A stretch of 64,000 nucleotides of DNA from Candidatus Saccharimonadia bacterium. GTDB lineage: Bacteria > Patescibacteriota > Saccharimonadia > Saccharimonadales > JALRHH01. Where the stretch lies: contig JALRHH010000002.1 of the NCBI GenBank assembly GCA_023253175.1, forward strand, positions 199 to 64,198, written 5' to 3'. Below, in pieces: positions 1-12,049 of the stretch. The number at the start of each line of letters is the position of its first letter. The stretch's first letter is position 1. Under the pieces are notes generated by a model. The model was not told the origin of the DNA. It did no database searches and was given only the letters and a program-made list of their open reading frames with translations. The position numbers were made by a program, and so were the translations under genes.

Positions 1-489
1 CGCATTCTGAGTTGCATTGTTCGTAATGTCAGTTGCACCAAATGAGATAGTTGCACCACTGAGGCTCTGGCCAGTATCTTCAGTTGTCTTAGTAATAGTG
101 TACTGGTTGTTACTGCTACCAGGTGCTGTAGCACTTGTGCTTCGGGTCGTACTTGTTACACCGTTAGTCGTAAAGTTAGTCAGCGTAGCAGTAGGTGTGT
201 TACTGAGAGAAGGTACTTTTGACACACCACAAGCACCGAGCGGCGTGTCACAGAACTCAATCTCAATCGTAGATACGTTACCCGTGTCCGAGGTTGTATT
301 GAACGACCAGGTCAGGTCCGTTGGCTGACTTGGGCGGGCGGTGGTAGACGTAAGTGCCCTGTCCGTAACTGTCGGCGCGGCATAAGCCTTGCCCACCACT
401 AAAATTGGTAATATCGCCGAAACTGAAAGCACGAATGCTATCAGCATAAGCGTCGCTCTACGCGATTGCAGAGCCATAGTTTGAAGCAT
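1..489 (-). CDS. secreted hypothetical protein (3' end lies outside window)
   Basis: Absent from the ORF track because it runs off the left edge. ATG at 489 follows an AGGAGA-type RBS (minus strand caaggagaagtatcATG). Translation MLQTMALQSRRATLMLIAFVLSVSAILPILVVGKAYA/APTV... is a signal-peptide-like N-terminus followed by Thr/Ser/Asn-rich sequence. Track ORF 17..328(+) is its antisense shadow. Confidence 0.6.
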   Translation of the reverse strand, partial: MLQTMALQSRRATLMLIAFVLSVSAILPILVVGKAYAAPTVTDRALTSTTARPSQPTDLTWSFNTTSDTGNVSTIEIEFCDTPLGACGVSKVPSLSNTPTATLTNFTTNGVTSTTRSTSATAPGSSNNQYTITKTTEDTGQSLSGATISFGATDITNNATQNA

Positions 490-694
490 GATACTTCTCC
501 TTGTAACTATGCCCAACAACAAACCAAAACACTCGTCGACTTATATAGTCGCGATTCTGTTGGCTTAGATCCCGGATGGGATACGTATAAAGTGTGAGGC
601 ATAATTTTTGTTTTATATTAATACGCCACTAATTAATAACATACTATGAGTAAACATAACAAGTATTTTTTATATACGATGTTGTTAATTTAGT

Positions 695-1444
695 CTAAAA
701 GGTTCCTGTTACCACTATATCGTGAACCATTTTGTATGATCCAGCTGGTGTCACGGGGCTCACGTTTGCAATGTAAGAAATCGTAAAATCAGTTCGCCCC
801 ACAGCCTGATTGCCCGCAGTTGCCGCCGATCGAGCAATAATATCTCCCTGCGCATATTTAAACTGGTTTGGGGTACTATAGCCTGGCGCAGCTTCGGCAT
901 CGGCAAAATTATTATCAGGTACATTAAAAGGACTGGATCCTAGATCAGGTGATGAGTTATCGACCAGATTTATGCCAAACTCTTCGGTACCGACACTAGA
1001 AACACCGGCGGTACTTTTACCTGGAATCACCCTACCACCCTCACTAGTTAAGGATGGGCTCATGGTCTGAACTATGTAACTACTAGACAGATATGTCCGA
1101 ACCCAAAATGTTCCAGATCCTGTTCCAGTAGTAGTTGGATCTAATGTTCCAAGGTCTATGCTTGAGAAGTTAATGAAAAGCTCAAGAAACGGCTCGCTTG
1201 GCGTAATAAGACCTGCCTCTAGGTCATAATTAGTACTAGATGATCGTCCTACCCCCAAGCTGCCAATTGAGGCGTTTGCATTGTAACTAGAAGAATTTAG
1301 ATCAGGATTGCCACCCGTACCAAATTGGTATTCTTGTACTTGATAGTTATTAGATGAGGATGTTTGGGCCGAAACGGTTGCACTAAACACAACACTAGAC
1401 ACGACACCGAGTACAAGCAGTTGTTTTATTTTTTTCCGCCACAT
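695..1444 (-). CDS. secreted hypothetical protein
   Basis: Track ORF 695..1471. The internal Met at 1444 gives MWRKKIKQLLVLGVVSSVVFSATVSAQ, a typical signal peptide. The rest is Ser/Thr/Gly/Asn-rich. No recognisable catalytic motif. Confidence 0.6.
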   Translation of the reverse strand: MWRKKIKQLLVLGVVSSVVFSATVSAQTSSSNNYQVQEYQFGTGGNPDLNSSSYNANASIGSLGVGRSSSTNYDLEAGLITPSEPFLELFINFSSIDLGTLDPTTTGTGSGTFWVRTYLSSSYIVQTMSPSLTSEGGRVIPGKSTAGVSSVGTEEFGINLVDNSSPDLGSSPFNVPDNNFADAEAAPGYSTPNQFKYAQGDIIARSAATAGNQAVGRTDFTISYIANVSPVTPAGSYKMVHDIVVTGTF

Positions 1445-1489
1445 ATCTTGTCCTGCATTATAGCATGACACTTATGCTTTAAAGACCAG

Positions 1490-2182
1490 CTATCTTGTCT
1501 CGAAAGTTTCAATAATATCTACGAAATCACCGGGTCCAGGATTTGCAGTCATATTGTGGTATTGAATTTTATACGGAGCTGTTTTACCGCTCGGTCGAGT
1601 AAGTGTCATTACGTTCCCTCCACCGACAAGTCCTACAACTGCCTTGTAGATAGTGGTATCCGGCGTACATGGGAATGAAACTTTTTGCATTGTCACCATC
1701 AAAGGGCTCTTCTGCGACCCGGCGGCTTTTTTACAGTGCTCTAGAGTAGAGTCAACAATAGTAAAACCATTCCTTTGATTGACACTCACAGGTAAAACCC
1801 TGCTGATATTAGCAAGAGGAACTATTAGCTGCGCGGAATCATTAACGTCAATTATTAATTCTTGCTCAACCAAAGGACCATTAAGCTGACGGTATACGTA
1901 GTGGCCATCTCTCGTTTCATTTGCAATTGCACGCCATTTCATGGGAGTCTGTATTTGGAAATAAGGCGTGGTCTGAACCTGTACATCTCTTGCAAGGACT
2001 GAAGATACCGGGCGAGTACTAGCCGATGAAGTCTCGGACACATCGTTTTGGCTAAAAATATCGTATGCAAAAAAACTACCTAGTACTATAAATACAACTA
2101 GAGTTAACGCGACAATAGGACGAACAATACGAATACTTCTGTGTCGTTTTGTCTCGCCCTGATGTCGGTAGTATTTTGCCAC
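1490..2182 (-). CDS. membrane-anchored hypothetical protein
   Basis: 230-aa ORF with a basic N-terminus, one TM helix (IVALTLVVFIVLGSFFAY) and a soluble domain. Sits 19 nt upstream of the neighbouring secreted-protein gene. Confidence 0.55.
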   Translation of the reverse strand: MAKYYRHQGETKRHRSIRIVRPIVALTLVVFIVLGSFFAYDIFSQNDVSETSSASTRPVSSVLARDVQVQTTPYFQIQTPMKWRAIANETRDGHYVYRQLNGPLVEQELIIDVNDSAQLIVPLANISRVLPVSVNQRNGFTIVDSTLEHCKKAAGSQKSPLMVTMQKVSFPCTPDTTIYKAVVGLVGGGNVMTLTRPSGKTAPYKIQYHNMTANPGPGDFVDIIETFETR

Positions 2183-2404
2183 TGTTGCCTACTACGTCTG
2201 TTAGTGTTTGTTACTGTATGGTATTTCGAGTCAGTGTGAGAACGGTCAGTCATGTTCGTTTTGCTTTTGACCCGAAATAGCAATGTACAACCGAAGCGTA
2301 CCATAAGTGACTAAAAAACACAAGCGTAATAGATACGCGGGGTTTATAAGAATTTGGTCAATTAAGCATAACCGTAGTATTATTAACCAGAAGTAGGGTG
2401 AATA

Positions 2405-3367
2405 GTGGAAAACAAACCAGAAGAGACAAATAACGAAGCAGCGAATACGCCGAGTCAGGCGCCTGCTGATGATGTCAACGCGCTGGAAAGCACCACTGAT
2501 GCGCTGGCGGAATCTGACGCAGAGAAAAAAGCTAAAGAAGCCGGTGGCAAAAAGAAAAAGTCTGGCAATATATTCCAGCGTATTATTTCGCACCTAAATA
2601 TTTACGTACTACTGTTTATACTTATCCTCGTGCTTGCGGGTGGTTTTGTATTAATCGGAATGCAGAAAAATAAAAAAGCTGCTAAAGAAACAACCGTTAA
2701 TACGCAGTCACTCTCTGCTGATGAGCTTAAAAAACTGAGCGAATCCGAACAGAAGATTGGTGACCCTAAATCAGTTCTTTCGATTGAATCAAACGCCATA
2801 TTTAGCGGCAAAGTCCTGGTTAGGGACAGTCTGGATGTAGCAGGAACCATCAAGGTTGGCGGCGCACTGAGCCTGCCTGGTATTAGTGTTTCTGGAGCCA
2901 GTACCTTTGACCAAATCACAGCCAATAACCTATCAATTACCGGTAACACAACCATTCAAGGTCAGCTTAATATTCAAAAAGGAATCACCAGTAGCGGCGG
3001 CGCAAGCTTTGGCGGCCCAATATCAGCACCTGCAATAACTACCGGAAGCCTGCAGCTCACAGGGGCACTTGAGATAGTTAACCATTTGGATGGTGGTGGC
3101 GGAACACCTAACATAACTGGCGGTGCAGGGCTCAGTGGCTCTGATGTAGCCGGCAAAATCAACAATGTCGGCGGCACGGGCTGTAACGTAAAAGTAACGT
3201 TTGCCAAGAGATACAACTCCACACCGTACGTTGTCATATCACCCGCCAATGCAGAAGCCGCAACAAGCAATTATTATGTGAGCCAAGAATCTCCCACCGG
3301 TTTCAGTGTATGTCTAGCTGGCGGCGGAGGCAGTGGTCTCAACTTCAGCTACATGGTTATAGAATAA
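2405..3367 (+). CDS. membrane-anchored surface protein with beta-helix-like Gly/Thr/Ser repeats and a lectin-like C-terminal domain
   Basis: GTG start. Acidic disordered N-terminus, a KKKK stretch, then a TM helix (IYVLLFILILVLAGGFVLIG). Repetitive SLDVAGTIKVGG/LSITGNTTIQGQLNIQKGITSSGG segments follow. The C-terminal block VTFAKRYNSTPYVVISP...GFSVC...SYMVIE resembles H-type-lectin or tail-fibre tip domains by eye. Confidence 0.55.
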   Translation: MENKPEETNNEAANTPSQAPADDVNALESTTDALAESDAEKKAKEAGGKKKKSGNIFQRIISHLNIYVLLFILILVLAGGFVLIGMQKNKKAAKETTVNTQSLSADELKKLSESEQKIGDPKSVLSIESNAIFSGKVLVRDSLDVAGTIKVGGALSLPGISVSGASTFDQITANNLSITGNTTIQGQLNIQKGITSSGGASFGGPISAPAITTGSLQLTGALEIVNHLDGGGGTPNITGGAGLSGSDVAGKINNVGGTGCNVKVTFAKRYNSTPYVVISPANAEAATSNYYVSQESPTGFSVCLAGGGGSGLNFSYMVIE

Positions 3368-3372
3368 CCCTG

Positions 3373-3681
3373 TTACACATCGAGGAAGACGATGATTTCG
3401 TCGGCCTTGACGTGCATGATGCCACGCGTAATTGGAATCTTTTCTTCGTTGCCGCCTGAACGCACGATCACATCACAAGCGTCGAGCAGTGTCATAAAGT
3501 TATGGTGCTTTGGCAAAATGTCAAAGGGACCTGTTTCGTTAACTGCAGAGATACTCTCTGCCTCGCCATCGAAATAGACCTTGAATGGAGCATACACTTT
3601 AACGTGCATAGTCTTGCCATCAACATGCTCTGATGCGGCTGGCTTTTCTTCGCCCTCTGTCTTTTGTGGTTCTTCTGCCAT
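3373..3681 (-). CDS. atpC: F1 ATP synthase epsilon subunit
   Basis: Last gene of the atp cluster. Core sequence MHVKVYAPFKVYFDGEAESISAVNETGPFDILPKHHNFMTLL is epsilon-like. Start set at MAEEPQ (3681) so it does not overlap the atpD stop at 3695; the track ORF extends to 3759. Confidence 0.8.
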   Translation of the reverse strand: MAEEPQKTEGEEKPAASEHVDGKTMHVKVYAPFKVYFDGEAESISAVNETGPFDILPKHHNFMTLLDACDVIVRSGGNEEKIPITRGIMHVKADEIIVFLDV

Positions 3682-3694
3682 ATATTGTTCCCGG

Positions 3695-5858
<2,164 letters not shown>

Positions 5859-5862
<4 letters not shown>

Positions 5863-7460
5863 TTTTTGTCCTCTTTCTTGTCATCCTTGGGGGCTTCTTT
5901 GTCTTTTTCCTCGGATTTTTTGTCCTTATCTTCTTTAGAACCGTCTTTTTTATCACCTTCCTTGGCGTCTTTAGATTCTGCGCCGTCTGTCGCAGGAAGC
6001 GCTTCTGCGGGAGCCTCTGGAGCTGGCGGTTTGTAGCTTGGACTACACTTGATTAATAGCTCTTCCTTAACCGTATCGTACTGCGACTCATCAGTGATCT
6101 TTGCAGCGAACTCTGCAACGTTAAGCTTTAACGTACCGATATCAAGCGGTGAGGTGGAGTCTGCATGCAGCACAATATCGAGCATGAGCTGCTGCGACAA
6201 TAATGAATATGTATCGGTTGGTGTCTGGGTCATCATTTCGAACAAACGCTTACCGACCTCAAGCGCACGCTTCGCTTCTGCGGCAAGCTCTGAACCAAAG
6301 TGCGAGAATTCCTCTGCCTGACGATAATCTGCAAGGAGCTTTAGGGTTTCTGACGCCAAGGCTTTTTGGCGTTTATTGTGACCGATACCACCGGCACGAG
6401 TCACCGATAGACCAATGTTTACCGCTGGACGAATACCATTACGGAAGATGTTCATGTCCAAAATCCACTGTCCGTCAGTAATGGACATGACGTTTGTTGG
6501 GAGATACGCTGTAATATCACCACCAGCGGCATTAATAACCGGAACACTCGTAAGGTGCGCACCGGTACTATCGAGGCGTCCTGCACGCTCCAAGAGGCTG
6601 GAGTGGGCATAGAACATATCTCCTGGGTATGAGTCACGACCCGGGCTGACGCCAGACATCAGGGCCACCTCACGGTAGGCATGCGCGTGACTACTGAGGT
6701 CGTCATAAATAATAATCGTATCTTGGTTGAGCTGCTGCCACAGATATTCTGCCATTGCACAGCCCACATACGGCGCAATATAGCTCGTGATAAGCGATTC
6801 GAACATAGTACTTACCACTACAATCGCCTTGTCCATACTGCCTGTTTCTTGCAGACGACTTAGTAGTGTATCAACATCAGTACGACGCTTTGCAATCAGT
6901 ACATACACTACGACCTGGTCAGTGTTTTTCTGGTTAATTGCAAGCTGTGTCACAACCGTACTCTTACCAGATTTATTGTCACCCAGGAGCGCCATACGCT
7001 GACCACGAACGATCGGGAACAATGAATCAAGTGCGGTCACACCGCTTTCCAGCTGATCGCTTAGTAGTTTACGCTCGTACAGTGGCGGCGCGGTATTAAA
7101 CACCGGCCAGGCAGCATCAGCTGCAATCGGGCCCTTACCATCAAGGGGTTCTCCGGTAACAGAAACAACGCGTCCAATAAAGTCCTTTCCGACTTTACAG
7201 ACGAGCTCCTGGTGCTGCACAACACCAACCATACCGATCTCAAGTACATTGTCACCAAGATGAAGAATCGTGACGTGATCATTGGCGACTTGGTGCACAA
7301 AGCCCTTACTACCATCCTCAAACATTACAAGTGCATGCACGGCTACGGGATTGAGTCCTGACATGTGAACGAGGAATTTATCAACCGCAATCACTTCACC
7401 AACTGGATTTCCACTGGCGATCAATCGATCAAAGTGTTGGTTACCACTTGTTGAGGCCAT
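5859..7460 (-). CDS. atpA: F1 ATP synthase alpha subunit with a charged C-terminal extension
   Basis: P-loop GDNKSGKST, the [10 protein letters not shown] block and PGRDSYPGD. Carries an extra ~55-aa Pro/Ala then Lys/Glu/Asp-rich tail (…[34 protein letters not shown]). Confidence 0.9.
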
Positions 7461-7969
7461 TAGCTCATCGCCCCCTTCAAAATACTGGCAAGAATATCAC
7501 CCTTTTGCTCGAGACGGCGACGAAGACTGAAATCAAAATATTTGTTGGTGGTACGCAGCACGGAACCTGCCCCAATATTTGGCTGAAGGCCAAGCTGCAA
7601 TAGCACCAACGGATGGACATCTGAACGAAGCCGCGTGATCAGTTTCTGCGTAAAGGCAGGTGATGGATCCGCGCTAAAACTAATATGCATGATCGGAGCC
7701 TTGGCACGGACGTGCGTAATGAATCCAATAAGCCTGTTCCTGTCATCTTCATGCAGTAAATTCAGTTTGTTGATAGCCACTGTTTCATCGAGCAGTCGAC
7801 TTGTCTTTGGCATCTGAGCGCCTGCGCCAGGATTTCGAATCGCAGCCTCGTTTAAAAAATTATCAATTTGCTGCAATTCGCGCATCAATCGCCCCACATC
7901 AACTTTTGTTGCCACAGACAACGGAAGGCTGAGGTACGCGTCAGTCGCAGTCTCCTGCTTAGGCGCCAT
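7460..7969 (-). CDS. atpH: F1 ATP synthase delta (OSCP) subunit
   Basis: 169 aa, positioned between atpF and atpA. C-terminal ...[31 protein letters not shown] is delta-like. Confidence 0.65.
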   Translation of the reverse strand: MAPKQETATDAYLSLPLSVATKVDVGRLMRELQQIDNFLNEAAIRNPGAGAQMPKTSRLLDETVAINKLNLLHEDDRNRLIGFITHVRAKAPIMHISFSADPSPAFTQKLITRLRSDVHPLVLLQLGLQPNIGAGSVLRTTNKYFDFSLRRRLEQKGDILASILKGAMS

Positions 7970-8582
7970 TTCTGAGATCCTGTATTATAGCTTCTTTGTT
8001 CGCCTCGATATCACTGAGGATAAATTCAAGCTGGTCATTCAGGTCAATCTGATCGCCAATAGCTGCCAGCACGTAGTGATTCACGATATCAGCCATGTTT
8101 TCTTCAAATCGTTTTACGAGTCGAGCTTTCTCGGTCTCTATCTCTTTAACAATCTGCTGGCCCATGAGTTCACGCTGTTGTTCGATTGCTTCCTGAGTCT
8201 TAGAAATAGACTCAAGCGCCATCTGCTTAGCATCAGTAATAGACTGTTCATACTTGGTAAACTCTTCCTGAAGCTTCTTGGTAATCTCTGACTTCATGTA
8301 CTCATTAAGCTGCGAAGTTGTCAGCTGCAAATCCTGTTGCAGGAACATCGCATTTTCACCAATAATCTTCTCGAAGTGCAGACGACCACGGTTACGAAGC
8401 TCCTCTCGGAATTCCTCGTTAAATATGTGCTCAACGTCCTTTTCTGCAGCATCAACAACACCGTCAACGACTGTTTTACCCTTACCCCCTTGTAAGCCAC
8501 TGAGGCGCACTGCGAGCCAAATGAAGGAAACCGTTGCTGACAGTAAACTGATTAAGATTAGACCAAGCTGTACGCTGTTCAC
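7959..8582 (-). CDS. atpF: Fo ATP synthase b subunit
   Basis: A single N-terminal TM helix (LGLILISLLSATVSFIWLAV) followed by a long charged coiled-coil. Located immediately upstream of atpH. Confidence 0.6.
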   Translation of the reverse strand: MNSVQLGLILISLLSATVSFIWLAVRLSGLQGGKGKTVVDGVVDAAEKDVEHIFNEEFREELRNRGRLHFEKIIGENAMFLQQDLQLTTSQLNEYMKSEITKKLQEEFTKYEQSITDAKQMALESISKTQEAIEQQRELMGQQIVKEIETEKARLVKRFEENMADIVNHYVLAAIGDQIDLNDQLEFILSDIEANKEAIIQDLRNGA

Positions 8583-8601
8583 AAATTCCCACCCATTTGT
8601 T

Positions 8602-9450
8602 TCATATCTTTAGTAGTAAATATACCCCAAAAATACCTAAAATGAAAACAATAAGCCCAGTTATTATCACCTGGAACATGCCACGAATAATAATTTTCTT
8701 GCCAAGCGGGTTACGGCCGATCGAAATAATTGCGCTCCGAACGCCGCCGTACATCAGTACACCAGAGATAATTGTACAGACAAGGAACACGAACAAGCTC
8801 ATGTAAATACGCGCTGTTGGCACCGGCTTACCAGCAACCGCCTCGGCTGCCTTTCGAAGGAATTCCGGAACATTGGCCTGTTCTGGTTTCATCAGGGGAT
8901 TACCCGCAACAAGTACGTCAGCCTGGACACGGCCAATCATGACTTCTTTTTCGCTATTATCGCTCAGTTTTACCTTAGAGGTGCCGATCTTATTGATACT
9001 ACCGTCAAAATCAGCAACTGCACGCCCGATAATAAATGACTCCTTGGCACCAGCTTTCATGCCAATACCATCAATTGCTGATACTGCAATATAGTCGCCA
9101 GCCTTGATATTACCGTTTTGGGTGCTCACAAGCACGTCGTACTTACCTGCCGTAGCCACGAATGCCTTCTTGCCGTCAGCGGAAAGCGTAACAGGAGCAT
9201 CATTTGCATCAACCGCAACGCCGAACAGTTTATCTGCTGTCGCCTGAGTCACCGGCTCAACCTTAGATGGATCATCCTTCTTAAGCTGCACCAACATGCC
9301 ACGCTGCATGACCTGATCGGTGCCGTATCCCTGGGTTACGGCCTGCGCAAAAATCGGATAATTAATACTTACTACAGATAATGCAGCCAACACCGAAACC
9401 GCGAACACACGCTGCAGTGTACATAGCTTTTTTATTTTTGTCTTAAGCAT
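8602..9450 (-). CDS. secreted-domain protein with a C-terminal two-helix hairpin resembling an ATP synthase c subunit (no carboxylate)
   Basis: Signal peptide MLKTKIKKLCTLQRVFAVSVLAALSVVSINYPIFAQA, then a ~190-aa soluble domain. C-terminus is IYMSLFVFLVCTIISGVLMYGGVRSAIISIGRNPLGKKIIIRGMFQVIITGLIVFILGIFGVYLLLKI: two TM helices joined by a G-R-N-P loop. Ends 20 nt upstream of atpF. Confidence 0.6.
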   Translation of the reverse strand: MLKTKIKKLCTLQRVFAVSVLAALSVVSINYPIFAQAVTQGYGTDQVMQRGMLVQLKKDDPSKVEPVTQATADKLFGVAVDANDAPVTLSADGKKAFVATAGKYDVLVSTQNGNIKAGDYIAVSAIDGIGMKAGAKESFIIGRAVADFDGSINKIGTSKVKLSDNSEKEVMIGRVQADVLVAGNPLMKPEQANVPEFLRKAAEAVAGKPVPTARIYMSLFVFLVCTIISGVLMYGGVRSAIISIGRNPLGKKIIIRGMFQVIITGLIVFILGIFGVYLLLKI

Positions 9451-9491
9451 GATTGACTACAGTATATCCACCGGCGTAAGTAGATGCAATA

Positions 9492-10631
9492 TTAACCAAT
9501 AAGTTTGCCGAGAGAGTCAACCACGTAGTCGATATCTTCCTTATTCGTGCTTCGACCCATGGTAAATCGAAGGCTCGACTGAGCGTCAGCTTCGCTGAGT
9601 CCCATTGCCATAAGCACATGGGACGGCTCGTCGTTACTTGCACTGCAAGCAGAGCCGACCGCACACTGGATACCCATATCATCAAGCTGCATCATTAATG
9701 TCTCGTTGTCCTTGCCGGCAATCGTAATATGCACGTTATTCGCAAGCCTGTGCTTATGAGACCCATTTATGGTCACACCGGGCAATCTACTAACTCGTTC
9801 TATAAAATGTTTTTGGACTTCAGAAAGCCGCTCTGTCTCATTGTACCGATTTTCCTGGGCAAGCTTGAGTGCAGCAGCCAGTCCAATAATCGAAGGTACG
9901 TTTTCGGTACCACTCCGAAGTCCACGCTCTTGCCCGCCGCCCTGAGCCAAAGGTTCGAGCACGATCCCAGACTTAACGAACAAACATCCAATCTGCTTGG
10001 GACCATAGAGCTTACTGCCGTTAATGGTCATCAGGTCAACGCCGAGTCGACTGACGTGAATATCAAGATACGCCGGGACCTGACAGGCATCTGTGTGGAA
10101 GTACAAAGGCATAGTATTGCCAGACGCACGCCTCTCTGCCCGTACGGCTTCAACAACTTGTGCAATATCTTTGATGGGCTGAATTGTACCAACTTCGTTA
10201 TTGGCGTACTGCACACTAACAAGCACCGTATCGGCAGTAATTGCCCTTGCGGTAGCTTCTGGGGTAATTGTACCATCAGCCGCAGCTTTAATTTCAGTAT
10301 GATTGTATTTCTGAGCGGGCAAAAGCACAGAGTCGTGCTCTACACTTGCGACCGCAATATGGGCATCCGGAAAGCGCTGCATGATGCCATGAATCGCAAT
10401 ATTATTTGCCTCTGTTCCGCCTGCAGTAAAGACGACTTCAGAAGGCCGCGCCCCAAAATATGAAGCAATGGTGGTGCGGGCAGCGGAGATGTCTTTCTTA
10501 ACCTGACGGGCCGCCTCGTACTGAGCCGAAGGATTATATGACTTTTCTGTAAAATACGGCATCATCGCCTGAATCACCGACTCGTCGAGTGGTGTTGTGG
10601 CTGCATGATCTAGATAAATCGGCCTTGTCAT
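9492..10631 (-). CDS. cysteine desulfurase (class V aminotransferase, NifS/IscS-like)
   Basis: PLP-enzyme blocks HTDACQ, INGSKLYGPKQIG (Lys) and SGTENVPSIIG, plus the active-site Cys loop VGSACSA. Confidence 0.85.
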   Translation of the reverse strand: MTRPIYLDHAATTPLDESVIQAMMPYFTEKSYNPSAQYEAARQVKKDISAARTTIASYFGARPSEVVFTAGGTEANNIAIHGIMQRFPDAHIAVASVEHDSVLLPAQKYNHTEIKAAADGTITPEATARAITADTVLVSVQYANNEVGTIQPIKDIAQVVEAVRAERRASGNTMPLYFHTDACQVPAYLDIHVSRLGVDLMTINGSKLYGPKQIGCLFVKSGIVLEPLAQGGGQERGLRSGTENVPSIIGLAAALKLAQENRYNETERLSEVQKHFIERVSRLPGVTINGSHKHRLANNVHITIAGKDNETLMMQLDDMGIQCAVGSACSASNDEPSHVLMAMGLSEADAQSSLRFTMGRSTNKEDIDYVVDSLGKLIG

Positions 10632-10647
10632 AGCACTATGGTATCAG

Positions 10648-10992
10648 CTAGCGAGCGAAAGTATACAGCTCGCTACGTACTGCATCCTGATACATGCGGG
10701 CCGCACTGTACAGGCGATTAGCTTCATCGACCGTAACGGGCTGGTATTTACCGTGTTGTGACTTTAAGATACCGTCTGGACGGACATCGTAACGCGTCGT
10801 CTGGACATGTGTTTCGCCTTGTTTGTCGATCCATTCTTCGTGCCACACCCACGTGCGCTCATCAAGACAAAAGAACTCGCGGCGCACACTAGGATTGGTT
10901 GGACCGAAAATACGTCCACCAATCTTCGCCTCATGACGAATGAGGTTACGGTACAAATCAGCGCGGTGCTGTTCGCTGCGCTGAGTTGACAT
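10648..10992 (-). CDS. hypothetical protein
   Basis: Track ORF 10648..11064. Start moved to MSTQRSEQ (10992) to remove overlap with the upstream small ORF. No motif recognised. Confidence 0.45.
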   Translation of the reverse strand: MSTQRSEQHRADLYRNLIRHEAKIGGRIFGPTNPSVRREFFCLDERTWVWHEEWIDKQGETHVQTTRYDVRPDGILKSQHGKYQPVTVDEANRLYSAARMYQDAVRSELYTFAR

Positions 10993-11008
10993 CCCTTTCA
11001 GCAGCTTC

Positions 11009-11224
11009 TTAAGCACTGAGTCGCTCCTGATCGTTGACTGCATTATTTGTTGCAACCTGAGCAAGCACCTGGTTGTGATGACGATATGAGTCTAAGTTTG
11101 CAACATTATCACTCACCATAGTTGCTTTACCCATATTTTGTATGGCGATATCAATAACCTGATCACGCTGCTGCATGATCTCAGACGCATCTAACTGACG
11201 TTCCTTCTCAGGACTGTCAAACAT
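11009..11224 (-). CDS. small hypothetical protein (71 aa)
   Basis: ORF only. Same orientation as its neighbours and tightly packed between them. Confidence 0.35.
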   Translation of the reverse strand: MFDSPEKERQLDASEIMQQRDQVIDIAIQNMGKATMVSDNVANLDSYRHHNQVLAQVATNNAVNDQERLSA

Positions 11225-11232
11225 ATGTACTC

Positions 11233-12045
11233 CTACACATTAAATAATTTACGAGCATTTTGCGTTGTTGTGCGGGCCAGTTCTTCGACTGATTCGCCGC
11301 GGAGATCTGCTAGAAATTGAGCAGTTAACGCAATATGTTTTGGCTCGCAAATTGTACCACGAAATGGTACCGGAGTCAAGAAGGGTGCATCTGTTTCTAA
11401 AACCAAGTTTTCAAGCGGGATTGCCTTATACATCGCAAGCTGGGATTCACTCTTTGCAAACGTTGCAATACCATTTACCCCTATATACAGTCCCTGAGCC
11501 ACCGCACGCTGCATATTATCGATTGAATCAGTAAAGCTGTGAAGAACGCCCCTTACACCAGAAAACTGCTCAAATATAGGCCAAAAGTCGTCAAAAGCCT
11601 CTCTAACATGAAAAATCATCGGTAAATCATGCTTTTGCCCCAATTCCAGTTGAAATTTCAGAATCTCTACCTGGGCTTCCTTCGATGAATGAGTGTAAAA
11701 ATAATCAAGGCCGCATTCACCAACGGCAATTACTTTCTCGTGCTCGGCAAGCTGCGAAAAGCGAGTTTTCTCTGCTTCGTCACTAACATAGCGCTGTGCT
11801 TCGTGGGGATGGATCCCAATGCTCGCATACAGATTTTCGCGGTCTTTCGCAGTTTCAAGTGCGAGCTGGCTATCATCGACGTCACAGCCAACACAGATCA
11901 TTCTAGCGACACCAGCCTCGCGTGCACGATCGATAATCTCATCAACCGATGTATTGCCGGCTTTCGCCCACATATCACGAGTGCTACGCTCGCCTTCGCT
12001 TAGGCCGGCAGACTGAATATGACAGTGCGTGTCAAAAAGCTCCAT
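11233..12045 (-). CDS. TatD-family metal-dependent hydrolase/DNase
   Basis: Motifs MELFDTHCH, GECGLDY, IFHVREA, HSF and ETDAPFL. Start at 12045 (MELFD) sits just after the metG stop; the track ORF extends into metG. Confidence 0.85.
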   Translation of the reverse strand: MELFDTHCHIQSAGLSEGERSTRDMWAKAGNTSVDEIIDRAREAGVARMICVGCDVDDSQLALETAKDRENLYASIGIHPHEAQRYVSDEAEKTRFSQLAEHEKVIAVGECGLDYFYTHSSKEAQVEILKFQLELGQKHDLPMIFHVREAFDDFWPIFEQFSGVRGVLHSFTDSIDNMQRAVAQGLYIGVNGIATFAKSESQLAMYKAIPLENLVLETDAPFLTPVPFRGTICEPKHIALTAQFLADLRGESVEELARTTTQNARKLFNV

Positions 12046-12049
12046 TAAT

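Noticed and set aside
8583-9491. Searched for a conventional atpE (c subunit, ~70-90 aa, GxGxGxG helix plus a carboxylate helix) or atpB upstream of atpF.
   Set aside because: No such ORF exists on either strand in this interval. Only the 282-aa fusion-like ORF is present, and it is reported as a finding instead.
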